From Moniliella sp. 'wahieum' (lineage: Eukaryota): a stretch of 64,000 bases of DNA. Location of the stretch: contig RSEE01000003.1 in NCBI GenBank assembly GCA_003971905.1, positions 620,001-684,000 of the forward strand. Direction: 5' to 3'. The translations under genes were made by a program, and so were the position numbers. Below the pieces are notes generated by a model. That model saw only the letters and a list, made by a program, of their open reading frames with translations, was not told where the DNA came from and made no database searches. How positions within the stretch are numbered: position 1 is the stretch's first letter; each line of letters opens with the position of its first letter. Below are positions 50,701 through 62,711 of the stretch, piece after piece.

Positions 50701-51654
50701 GCGGGCCCAGCACTGACAGAGAAGGAGCAGTTGCGCCGTTTCCTGGAAGAGCGAGACCAGGTGGCACAGCAGCAAGGTGGTATGGCGCACCGTTGCCTGA
50801 GGATGTCGCTGCTGTGCTGCTGCTGCTTCGTTGCCCTCGGCTTCAGCTTCTGCCCGGCCCCGGAAGCTCAGCGGGTCCAGAACTGACCGAAAAGGAGCAG
50901 TTGCGCCGTTTCCTGGAAGCGCGAGACCAGGTGGCGCAGCAGCAAGGTGGTATGGCACCCCGTTACCCGAGGACATCGTGCTGCTGCTTCGTTGCCCTCA
51001 GCTTCAGTTTCAGCTTCCGCGGTCCCCGGAAGCTCAGGGTCCAGCACTGACAGAGAAGGGAGCAGCTCCGGCGCTTCCTCGAGGCACGGGACCAGGTGGC
51101 GCAGCAGCAGGTGGTATGGCACGCCGTTTACCGAGGATGTCGCTGCTGCTGCTGCTGCTGCTTTGCCCTCGGCTTCAGCTTCTGCCCTGGTCCCGGGAAG
51201 CTCAGCGGGTCCAGCACTGACCGAAAGGAACAGCTGCGGCGCTACTGGAAGCCCAAGATGCGCTAGCCACGCATCAGCAGGAACAAGCGGCGTTGGGCGC
51301 AACATGCATGGGAACAACGGTTTGGGCAATACGAAAACGACGCCTGTGCCATCGTACGAGCATGTGGTAGACGCGGTGCCGGGTAGCACCAGTACCACTC
51401 CCGTGCCACCTTCGACCCCTCCTCAACCTAGCACTGCTTCCCCCGCCCCTCGGCTGGGGCTGGACGGCGAGTATCGTACGATGTCCGGGCGGCGGGAGGA
51501 CGTGGAGCACTGGTCCTGGACCGGTCACTCCCACGGGGCTTGTACGAACCCACGGTTGCCTCGTCCCCTTGGGGCTCGTTGTTGCCCACTGGCCCTGCTC
51601 CGTTGCTCCGCCTCCGCCCCCACAGATCTAAGATCTAAGGAACGAGCGAGGTGA
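47788..51654 (+). CDS. Arrestin-like protein with C-terminal helical tandem repeats
   Basis: SFVQGWPGIP, LRVELRKLE, LPPSA..VAYELVASL, ITLSLKETVTF, KHIEVSY (arrestin-fold-like); intron 48752-48846; late PSY motif. 3' end uncertain. Confidence 0.65.
49880..51265 (+). repeat. ~170-bp coding tandem repeat, ~9 copies (LTEKEQLRRFLEARDQVAQQQGGMAPPLPED...)
   Basis: Units start near 49883, 50014, 50204, 50378, 50543, 50713, 50883, 51047 and 51217. Confidence 0.92.
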
Positions 51655-51952
51655 GCCTCACCATTCAGCCTATTCAATTTGATATTCATCCACGTTGGAC
51701 CATGCATGGTGCCACGACTCGTGACGCGTGACGAAGGCGACAGGCCCAAACGTTTTTTGTGGACAATGCATTTTTTTGACGAGTTGTAGGTACGCCTGCT
51801 AGCTAGGAATGCGAATGCGCAGATGAGATAGGAGAGCAAGAGTTGACCAAAGAACGGTATGGATGGTATCGAGCAAACAGAGGGGAATGAGCAGAACAAC
51901 CAGAACAACACCGGTGGGGGGAGGAGGTTACGCAGGTACATAGGGGCATGGT

Positions 51953-52180
51953 GAAGGGAAGGAAGGGAAGGAAGGGAAGGAAGGGAAGGGAAGGGAGGAA
52001 GGGAAGGGAAGGGAAGGGAAGGGAAGGAAGGGAAGGGAAGGGAAGGGAAGGGAAGGGAAGGGAAGGGAAGGGAAGGGAGGAAGGGAAGGGAAGGGAAGGG
52101 AAGGGAAGGAAGGGAAGGGAAGGGAAGGGAAGGGAAGGAAAGGGAAGGGAAGGGAAGGGAAGGAAGGGAAGGGAAGGAAA
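51953..52180 (+). repeat. (GGGAA/GGAA)n polypurine microsatellite
   Basis: About 225 nt of G/A only, between convergent gene ends. Confidence 0.97.
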
Positions 52181-52209
52181 AAGAAAGTGCATCGTGACCG
52201 CCCAACTGA

Positions 52210-55044
52210 TCATGAGCCAACTGCAGGGCCCGAGCCCAAATCGCACCGGACATAAAACACCTGGAGAGCCGAAGCAAACGCGTCGGTCTGGCCGGCCAAC
52301 AATCGCAAATCGACGCTCCAAAGACCAGGAATACGTGCCACCCGAGTCACCTCGACCGAAAATACCACCAACGCCGTCTGCCCCGCCGCATATGGGTCGC
52401 GCCACCGACACGCCCACACATACGGCTCTGGGACATGCGTCTCAGCTGCCATCTCGCTCAGCGCCACCGTCACCCGGTCCACAACTTGCGCCAACGGTAA
52501 CGACGTTAACGCTTCTTCCCGCAACTCGCCCTCGTGCACACGCACCTCTTCCCTCGACGTTGCCGCTGCAGCCGAGGTGCCAGACCGGGTACTCGTAACT
52601 GCCGATCCGCCGCCGCCGCTGCCAGCAGCTGCGTGCGAACTAGATCGCGCTTCGTGCTTCGACCCGTGCGAGCCAAACAAACGGAACAGTTTCCGGCCGG
52701 ACGATTTGGCAGGACCGGCCCACCGCATAGTCCCACCTCCACCTGCACCTCCGTTCCCATCCCCATTCTTATTCCCACTTCCATCCCCATCCCCATCCCC
52801 ACTGGCTTTGGCACTGGCTTTGGCACTGGCTCTGGCGCTGGCTCTGGCGCTGGCTCTGGCAACGGCTTTGGCACTGGCTCTTGCACTTGCTCTGGCACTG
52901 GCCCGCTTGCTGCTCGCAGCCTCGCCGGGCAAAGTGGGAGAAGGGCGGGGAAAAGGGAAAACAGTTTGTCAAGGGGGAAGCGGGACTTGGGACGACCCTC
53001 TTCTTGCTTCCGCCGTGCGTTCGTAGACCCGGACCCAGACCCAGACCCAGACCCGGACCCTAACCCAGACCCCGGTCGGAACCGACGAAGAAGGCATGAC
53101 GGTAGCCCGACGCCAACGTCCACCACGCTCTGGCGGCTGTTGGAACCGCGTCCGACTACCGCTCTGCGTCGGCGTAGCCACCACAGGTTCGCTCGGCCGG
53201 AAATTGGGCATGAGCGTAACAGCGTTCGTGGGGGAACGCGTATGTCCATCGCGTCCGAAGCGGGGGCGGGAGGGTCGTCTGAGTGCGCAGCAGGAAGACT
53301 GGGAGCCGTGGCGCAGATGGAAGAAGGACGCTGAGGAGAGCGGAGAGAGGAAGGGCGGGGCTGGGAGGTAGTGCGGGTCGAGGGTTGCCGGGGGGGAGAG
53401 GTGGGGTGGACAAGAGGTTGGATGGAACAAGGTACCGAACTTGAAGGGACAGTAACGGAAGAAAGGTTGTCGGAGGGAGGAGCGTGCGGTGCGAGACTAG
53501 ATCGACCCAGCGAAGAAGGCTCGAACCCCGTAGCACAAGCGCCAGAAGTGTCAAGGGCAGAACTGCGCACGTCGTCGTACCGCGGTGCGCTGGCAATAGG
53601 CGTCGCAGCCGACGTCCTGTCCGACGTCCTGTCCGACGTGCTGGACGCACGTGTGGGAGTCACCGTCGGACTCACGTCCTCGGAGGCGCTGTCGAAGTCG
53701 ACGTGACACGGGCAAGAGCGGTGGACGTAGAGGGTGCAACAGGTAAAGGTGAAACGGTAGGTAGAGAAAGGACATTCTCCTCGCTTCCGTGGGGAGGAGA
53801 CGTGGATGGGACCAGCTCAGATTCTTGCCGGACCAACGCGGGTCCCGATGGGTCGGCGGAGGGTGGGGAAGGCGGGGCAGGACGCACAGAGGTGCGGGAA
53901 AGTTCTTGGCGCTTGACCTGTTGTGCCAAGGCGGCGTGTTCAAGTTCCGGAACGCCAAAGCGAAGAGTTGCTGGTAAGCCTCGAGCCAGCGGTGAGCGCG
54001 GACCTGGTCCAAGCCCATGCGTTTGGCAGGATCCGGGGCGAGCATACCCGCCAGCAAGGTGCGCGGCGCCGCAGGCACGTGGTCAGCAAAGTTGAGAGGG
54101 GTGGTGGTGATGTAACGGTAAAGTTGGGGATGTTACGGCTTTCGGGGTTGGCAGGGTCGTCGTCAAAGGGCAGGAAACCGGAGAGCATAGCGTACAGAAT
54201 CAGCCGCTGGACCAAACGTCGACCAAGGGAGCAAGGTAAGGCTGGTCGGAGAGCACGAGTTCCGGGGCGGCATAGCAGGGAGAGCCACAGGACGTGCCAT
54301 TAGGGCGCTTGGGCCTAAAATGCCAGCAAAACCAAAGTCGGTAATGAGGATGTTGCGGTGACGGTCGAGGAGGACGTTTTCGAGTTTAAGGTCGCGGTGC
54401 ACGACCCCTTGGCATGCATGTACCACACTGCCGATACGAGCTGGGCAAAGATGCGGCGGGCCTCGCGCTCAGGCAGGAACTGGTGAGCGAGAATGTAATC
54501 GAACAGTTCCCCGCCCGAGGCGTACTCCAGCACGATGCCTAGCCACCGCTCGCTCGTAATGATCTCGATCAGGGCAATAATGTTGGGGTGGTGGAGACGA
54601 CGCAGGATGTTTGTTCCCTGCGGACGCGCTCCCATTTGGACTCTTCGCGTGCGGGAATGGCGGCCGACGAATCCTGGCCCACCTCGGGGGGGCACGCTTG
54701 ATGAGCTTGATGGCAACCACGTCGGCCTGGGGGTGCGGAGGCCGAGCTTGACTTTGCCAAACTGGCCTTCGCCGAGGGTGTGGAGCAGGACATACGGGCC
54801 CAACTGGATGCGGGGGCGGGGGCGGCGGCGACGGGCGGGTGACGGCAGGACGAGGGGCAGGAGGCGTCCAGACAGAGCTGCTGAGGCCGTGGGCGTCGTG
54901 GGCTGGGCGGTGGCGCGGCGGATGGGGGGGCCAGGATGCTGGCGGGGGCAGGAGGGGCAGCGGGGGTAGGGGTGGCGGTTGCGCCGCGCTGGCGCGTCGC
55001 GTGTTGGCGGAGAGCGCAGTGGACATGGGCACGGGCATGGCCAT
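52210..55044 (-). CDS. KIN4: CAMK-like Ser/Thr kinase of the Kin4/Frk1 type with KA1-like C-terminus
   Basis: [75 protein letters not shown]-terminal [19 protein letters not shown]. Confidence 0.85.
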
Positions 55045-55752
55045 GGCGACGGCCAGCGCGAGGGAGGCGGCAGGAAGAGCGGCGGTCGAGGCGGGCGGGA
55101 GAGAGCGGGCGGCGGCGGCGACAGAGACTCAGACTGGCACTTAAGCACAGAAGCGCCAAGCGCCAAGCGTGTCAAGTGAAAGTTCAAGCGCAAGTGGCCC
55201 ACCATGTGGCCTGTCGGACGTCAGGCCATCGAACGCCGATCTAGGCTCTGGGAGGACTCTTTGCCACAAACAAACAGGACCGACCGCCCCCCGACTGGCC
55301 GACATGGCCTGTCACATGTCACACGTCTGTCACAGCCCCCCTCCGGCATGCTTACCCATCTCTGGCACTCCCCACCACGCATTGCGGGGCAGCCTACGAG
55401 TCGGGTAAGAAACTCAAACAAACTGGTAAGAAAGCGGTAAGGATCTGGCCTTCCCTTCAAGCTGCGTGCGCTTGTGTGCCTCCTAGAACGCAGCGGTTCC
55501 TTCCTGAGACCTGACGCGTGATGCGGCTTGGCACACAGCACCTAGTGGGCGTTCGCCGTTTGCACGTCAACATGGAGATCCGTCCTACTCCTCTTCCTCG
55601 GACATGCATCTTCCAATGTGGTGCCCACATGTCACAATCTCCGTCCGAAGACGCTGCTGCTGGTTGCCGCGCCGTTTGGACGCACCCGCAGCAATGCAGG
55701 TAGGCTATTGATTCCCTGCGTCAACTCCAAGTCCCACCTGTTGACAGCAATC

Positions 55753-55824
55753 GCCTCTTTGGCTCAGTGGTAAAGCATCTCACTAGTAATGAGAAGATCG
55801 GTCGTTCGATTCGGCCAAGAGGCA
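55753..55824 (+). tRNA. tRNA-Thr(AGT)
   Basis: GCCTCTT/AAGAGGC acceptor stem, D-arm TGGCTCAGTGGTAAAGC, TCTCA-CT-AGT-AA-TGAGA anticodon arm, GTTCGATTC T-loop, downstream T-run. Confidence 0.96.
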
Positions 55825-56422
55825 TTCATTTTGCTCCATTTGTTTGTTTGGGTCTTTCTTTTTCCTGGGCCCTTCTTTTTCCCAAAGTGAAACCATGGTC
55901 ACCATAGATACGATCTATAGCTGTTTAACGTTTAGGGCTGAAGGGACCTTCTTCATGCAGCCTTTGTGTTCTCGCCATAGAGCCTCACCAACAGCCAGAA
56001 GCCCGAGATCAAGCCTTGGACCTGATGTGGGAAAAGCAAGGTGAAGACAAAGAGGAAGGGCTAATGATGAGCAGAACCAATCAGAATCAGCTTATCACAG
56101 GTATTGTCCGTCTCACTTTTGTCGAGCTTGAGTCTCCGCAACAAAGGACAAATGGTTGCGACGTGGACGTTGATACGTTGGCAGACGATCTCCAACTAGA
56201 GTGGGACTATGACTGGTAACATCCAACTGTATGACGCGAGTTGCCTATGGCATATAACCCCGTCCAGTCCACTTATGTGAGAGCGGGACAGAAAGGCAAA
56301 GGAGGGGAGGGAATCCATCGGAATTGCGGATCAAACAGGACTCGAACGGCTTAGTCGAAGAGCTCCACGCCCGGTACAGAATCGGTCCAGAAAAAGCCAC
56401 AAGGTCAACGTACTACCACTAA

Positions 56423-57506
56423 TCACGGTTTGGGCACCTTGAGCGTCTTGGACACAAGTGCCATAGCCCATGCGAGCCACAGGAAGGAGATGAGATGAAC
56501 ACTGGTGTGCAAGTGGGATTGGGTCCAGGCACTGACGCTCTCCGCACTGGGTAGGACAGGCCAGTACTGGGCCACCTGGGGGACCTTGACGGCAATCATA
56601 GTTTGGGCCTGGTCCAGCACCCCAAATAGCCAAATCACGGCTGCCGCAGGATCGAGCTCAATCGTACCGCCTGGCACGACGGAGCGGCCCAGGGTGCGCT
56701 TGCTCTCCTGCGCGGCCTGGAGTGCAGGCGAGGCCAAGGCCCCACACCAACCAACAGCACTGGGGTTGGGATCGGCACCAACGAGGTGTTGGGTGGCCCA
56801 GCGAAGCAGGCGTGACGGCTGCTCGGAAAAGAGCTGCGTGTGATGACTTGCGATCGGGCCGACTGGGCCGGGGTCGACAGCTCCATAGAGCAGCGAAAGG
56901 GCCATGCCACCAACGAGAAGGAGCGAAGAGGGGATGGGCAAGCCTTCAAAGTACTTGGCCTTTCCACTCTTGTCGTGCGGAATGGAGGTAGCAGTGACGT
57001 TGAACCGAGCCAGACGGGCAATACCACAGCAGACAAAGATGGTAAGCACCATCGAGTCGAGGTAGGTGCGCATGCCCAGTGCGTACGCGGCAAACGCCGG
57101 TGCCATGCCAAAACTCACCGCGTCCGCCAACGAGTCCAACTCCTGTCCCAGGAGCGAGGAGGAGCGACGCCAGCGCGCTACCCGGCCATCGAGCAAATCA
57201 ACACGGCCCCAACCAGGGGGAACCAGAGTGCGTGCCAGGCGTGAATTGGGTCCGAGGTGAGCAAGTACCTGCCCGAAGCAAATATACTCTGCGCACCACA
57301 AAAGCCGTTCATGAGCGTAAATGCATCGGCGAGATGGAAGTTGCGGACCAAGCTAAAGTGGCCATCACGCTCGACAAACTGGACCAACGCAGCCGAAGAG
57401 GCTGGCGGGGCCTTCTCAACCATCTTGGTGGCCTTGCTCTTGGCCTTGGACCCGGGCGTGGGGGGGGCGTAGGCGAGGGCGAGAGGGCAGATGGTTTACG
57501 GGCCAT
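56423..57506 (-). CDS. CHO1: CDP-diacylglycerol--serine O-phosphatidyltransferase (phosphatidylserine synthase)
   Basis: HFSLVRNFHLADAFTLMNGFCG, CDP-alcohol motif DLLDGRVAR..LGQELDSLAD, RLARFNVT, YFEGLPIP, SKTLKVPKP*. Confidence 0.95.
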
Positions 57507-59888
57507 GGCGAGCGGGTGGAAGGAAAGCAGAGAAGGTATCACCCAAGCAGTAGCCTCTTTCCTGGCCCCACCAATGATCCCCACCTCTCAGCAGCAAAAC
57601 CACCGTCGCTGGGCGCTTGAGGCCTGAGCCTCCGGCCGGAGCGCCTCCACCTCGGCTCAAGCTTCAAGCTCACCCACTTCCCCGTTTTTCCACCGCCAAA
57701 TTGGGATGGGCGGCTAGCACCTGGCGCCTAGCCCTTAGCGCTTAGCCCCGCTGGGCGCGCGGGGGAGGGGCGCAGGTACGCGGGCGCTGTGCGGGCCGAC
57801 GCGCCCGGCTAGCCTGCGTACGCTAGGTGCGCTGCCGATCTCAGTGCAGGCGACGCACAGGACCAGTGTTTGCGTTGCTGTCACGTGCGGGCGCAGTGCG
57901 GCCCAGCGTGGAGCCGGCCGGGCACACCGGCACACGCGCAGTGTGCATCGGCGCATCACATGTCACACGCCAGCTGCACCCAGGTTCCCCGCGCTGGAAG
58001 CAGATGGAATAGCGATGGCCGATCCCTATTCCATCCGCTGTTTTCTATCGGTGGTGCAGCTTCCAGCGGCAAACTGAAAGCTGCAAGAAGCCAGTCGGCA
58101 GTCCCTACCAGATATGTGGGGCACTACGCCCCCCGACGCGTGAGCAATATGGAATCCCATCCATGTGGTGCCTGAAAGACGAGAGGAGAGAGCAGCTGCG
58201 GCGAGAAAAACGCTCTTCTCTCTGTTACACGTTACATGTTAATGGTTTCGTACTAGCTTTTATATATGACTAAGGCTCTGCTGGTCCATCGAGACGTCTG
58301 ATCTGAATTAGGATAACGCTGTGGCGATGCAGGGATGCCATCACAAGCCCATCAGCGCATGCTTGCCTCTGGCCGCGCACCGATCAGAACGTCAAAGGCC
58401 CCTGAAAGAGGAATATAAGCTGAGCCTCTTGTCCGAAAGTACCGCCCTCGGACTAAGGTACTATACTGTGCCCGTATAGGAAGACTGTAATGGGGAGACA
58501 GAGGGATTTTCTGTGCGGTGCGCATCTACTTGCGGTGCGCTTCCAAACTGTGGGCTCGTCAGCGACATCCCAGCCATGACTTGCGCCAGCTTCGATGCTT
58601 TATGGCATAGCACAGCCAATACCCCATGAGGCATCTGGGAGTGTGAGTGAGGTTTTGGTGGCCTGAAAAAAAGTGTTTGGCATTAGGAGTTACAAGCCGC
58701 AGGTTAGCCCTTCGACGACAACACTTCAAAGGGGCATGAGGATGGGTCCGCTTCTGATTGGGCTATCAATTCAGCGCCGAAAATGCGTCAAGTTAACATA
58801 ATAAGTTTTCCAACCACTCATTGCATCCACCGTTTCCATAGAATACGTCCCTACTATCTTCTCACAACACTTCTTTCTTCTCTTCTTCTTCGTCCCCCTA
58901 TTGCAAACGTTAATCCCTGTGGCGTCACAGCTCGAATCATGTGGACATGTAGATCTGGCTAAACATAGAGTGTCCAAGTATATATGCGAATACTGGGGGA
59001 AGATGAAGCCGCGATAGGTGTTTTAACAGCAGCGAAATGATGACGAGTTCGTTTCAGGCACATCAGGTTGAAGGCCAGGTGGGTGTGGAGGGCCTTGCCT
59101 TCGGCCTTACACGGGGACCGGCCATCTCAAGTACAATGTTGAACGTTGACCGCTGGATTGTTAGCCGGTGGGGAGAATGAACAGGAGGTCTTTGTACAAA
59201 ACTGCAGTGTGGACAAAAAAGTGAGTCACCGCCGTGATCACGTCCCATATCCGTCCCGCTTGAAAACCATCTGGATCTCCTTGAGCGCTTCAAGTGATCC
59301 GTAGGAACATCCAGGCTAGCAATGACTGCAGAGCACACCTCTCATCCTGATCATCACGTTTTGGTCAGTTCGAGGAAGGATTGTAGCGCACTCAAAGTTC
59401 AATCAACTCTTCTTCGCGCCTTCAAAACACCAAACGGGGGGGTACCGACTCACACGCAGCACTTGCTTGTACGGCAATCATGGGGGCGGGGAGGGGGCGT
59501 GAGGGATGAGCAGGATGGTGGCCGGTAGCTTGGGTTGTGGTAAGCATCAAGTACTCATCCAGAGTCTAGGCCATGCTCGCTAGAAGCCAATAAATCAAGC
59601 TGGGGCAGTCAGAAACTAGTGAAGAGTTGAAGCTTGAAGCTTGAAGCAGCCCAACTCGGCGATCACCGATGAGGATGACGTCAGCCTTGTTATCCCCTCG
59701 TCGACGCCACTGTTCTTTCTTTCACCTCTCTCCTCCCGGCCCGTATGGAAGTACCCTACCATCTAACCATCATCGCTCGCCCTGCCATGCAGACGATTCC
59801 CACTGCAGTGCAGGAATTCTGACCCCACTTGTAACCTAACCTGCGCCCCACCTGACCGCCCAGCGTCGGCATCCCCCCTCCACTCGCC

Positions 59889-60808
59889 ATGGCACCCTTT
59901 ACTGTGCCCGGTATTACGGTTCCGTTGCTCGCCAAACTCACCAAACCATCTCCTTCCTCTTCGCTGCCAGATCGAACACCATCACCGCCTGCGCATCCGC
60001 GAAAACGCGAAGCGACATCTCACTCCATTCTGACTTCGCCTCCCTCAAACAAGAAGCGCCGTTCGGGTACGACGACCGAAGATACCACGACCGGCGGTGT
60101 TCCCGACTACCTCGAACCCCTGCCTCTCGACCTGATCCTCGTGGGTATCAACCCAGGACTCGAATCCGCACGCAGAGGACGACATTACGCCCACCATACC
60201 AACCACTTCTATCCCTGCCTATTCCATTCGGGCTTGAGCCGCCGCCTCCTAGCTCCAGAGGAGGATGAATTGCTGCCCCAGCTGCCCTCGCTCCCTTTGA
60301 ACAAAGAAGAGACGCCCGAGACGGGCAAGGTTAGTCTAGGGCCCTATCGGATTGGATTGACCAACCTTACTCCGCGTCCGACGCGGGAGATGAGTCAGTT
60401 GAGCCGACAGGAGCAACGCGCGGACGCGCTGCCCCTCCTGCACAAGCTCCAACACGCTTGCCCAGGGTCGTTGCATTCGTGGGCAAAGGCATTGCATTGG
60501 AATTTGTCCCGCTCTCTCAGCGTCGGGACAAAAAAGGAAGGTGGAAGTACCTGTTGGTACACCTATGGAACAGGGTATGGGTTGATGCCTTTTGTCTTGC
60601 ATCGCAAGGAGGGGAGGTGCTGTTGTTTGCGCTGCCGTCAACGTCAGCACGAGTGACCAGCGTCCAACTCCAGGGCAAGATCGAGTACTTTGCCCAACTG
60701 CGGCAGCTGGTTGACTTTTTGGTCTGTCGGCGTGGAAGCGGCCAGAGCGCCGCGGCAGCGCAGGAGACCAAAACGGTTGACCTCCAGGTGCTGAGCAGCG
60801 CGGTGTGA
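59889..60808 (+). CDS. TDG: G/U(T) mismatch-specific DNA glycosylase (TDG/MUG family)
   Basis: LILVGINPG, HYAHHTNHFY, IGLTNL, VVAFVGKGI, LPSTSAR; frameshifted. Confidence 0.9.
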
Positions 60809-61327
60809 GAGCAACGTATGCTGGCCTTTCTACAGAGTGCACCGAGTAGGTGCAGTGGTAGAGGTGACAGGGACGGGAGTAATGAATTCACTGTCGACCT
60901 CGAGGCTGTGCGAGGGGCAACAGCGGTGTGGGTGCTTTAAGCCAGTGCCAGCAGAAAGCAGAATGGACAAGCGATGTGAATATTGAATGTGCAGTGGCGT
61001 TGAATATTGAAATGTCATTTCCCAGGCGCCGCGTGGGGGCAGTGTGCGGTAATCGCGTCTTCCCACATGGCAGTGCTAATACGCCTCTGAGATGCGTGGC
61101 CATGGCGCTCACATTTCAACCCAGGACAGACAACCACACTCGAGGAACCTCCTTGTCGTCCACGCCCTCCCCGCCCCTCGCTTCCGCTTCTGGCTGGCCA
61201 GCCACTGGGTCGTTTGCTCTGGTGTCCGTGCCCATCGCCTGTCCATTTTGTTCTGCGCTCTGCACCTCTTTCTCTCGCCCCTGTCCCACCCCTGCCTTCG
61301 CTTTCGCTTGCGACCCTGCTCGCGGCC

Positions 61328-62153
61328 ATGACACTCCCGACGCTCGAGAAGCAAGAGTGCCAGTGCAACACCACCCTCTACTCTCCCATCTGTCCCACTG
61401 ACTGCACCACCTGTGTCGAGCGCCTCATCGCCTTGCCCTGCGGTCGCTCCTGCCGCCGGACAATTACTGCCTCCCTTGCCCGTCCACGAGAAGCAGCAGT
61501 AACAAGGGTGCCGCCATTGGTGGTGGCGTGGGTGGCGCCTGGCCGGGGGTGGCGCTGGTGTTGTTGGGCGTGTGTGTGTGGCGAGCCCGCGCGCAGCGCA
61601 GGACACACGCTGCCTTGGTCGCCCGCGAGGACGCGCGTCTTCGTGCGCTGGCCGCCGAAAAGCGCGGCGAGCGCATGCCTATGCCGCCGCCTCGATCCTT
61701 GTCCACCGACGACATGGAGTACACTATCCTCCGCCGCGATGGACTTACCACGTACGAGGAGTCCCTCACGCTCCCGCCCCAGGCAGCCAACAGCGAATTT
61801 CCATCTCTGCTGCCACACACCTCTCTCGTATCTCGGAGCATACCGAGGAAGAGGAGCGTCGGCGTGGCCGCTCGCTGCCCTCCCCGCGGATCTACGTCCC
61901 TGATCGCACCGATCGTCCCATCGGCTCGGACTTGCTCCCCTTCCCGAACAGGGAGACCTCTCTCTCCCCCGGGACCAGATTATCGTCGTGGGACGGGGTT
62001 CACTCCCTTCGTTCAGTCGCAACAGGTTCCACTGCACCCTCTGCTTCCTCCTTTGCGATCCCGGTGCAGGATACTTCCCCGCTGCGCACTGCACGCGCTG
62101 GAGACCTGTCCCTCGACAGCTCCCCTTTCTTGTCCTCTTCAACCGCACCCTAG
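61328..62153 (+). CDS. Single-pass membrane protein with N-terminal Cys-rich module (Opy2-like)
   Basis: ECQC..CPTDCTTC..PCGRSC, then GAAIGGGVGG..VALVLLGVCVW TM helix followed by basic RARAQRR and an S/P-rich tail. Frameshifted; 3' end uncertain. Confidence 0.45.
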
Positions 62154-62711
62154 TCCTTGCCACCGCACCTTAGCATACCTCTCCTTGCGCACTTTCCTCC
62201 CTCTCTATTGCACGCCCCCCTTGCACGCCTCTCATCCAATGTCCCACTCTGCCTACCCCTCCCGCATCCCTCTGTTCCCTCTCTGGTTCCCCCGTTACCG
62301 GTTACCCTGGTTGCAATGGACGCCTTCTGTGACTGCTGGGTATGGCTCAGTCAACGTCCAGCTCGCTCTGGATCCAACAAGCGAGCCGCCGCGATCTGGC
62401 TGGAGTGATTGGCGTTGCGTGTTCTGGATTCGTAGTAACCGGGGTGTCTCCACGCGTGAAGGCGGCAGATCTATTCTCGTTGGATTTAGCAATCTGCAAA
62501 GCCCGCCGGGCGGCGCTGCGCCGCAGCCCTGAGCCGCTGAGCCTCAGGAGCCAGCGACGCGGAAAAAGAGGATCGGGTTTGGATTATGTAACCCGGTGGA
62601 ACAAACTCGGTCGCTTTTGTGAGTCAGAACCACACCTGGTTAACGCCCCTCCCACCTCCTACTCCGATACCACCCCCGTCTTAACCACTTGCCCCGCTTC
62701 CACTCGCCCCA

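Noticed and set aside
49880..51265. CRISPR-like repeat-spacer array
   Set aside because: Eukaryotic coding repeat; the intervening parts are homologous to each other and there are no cas genes.
51525..52598. Long ORFs with GKGRE or FPSLP repeats
   Set aside because: Translation artefacts of the GGGAA microsatellite.
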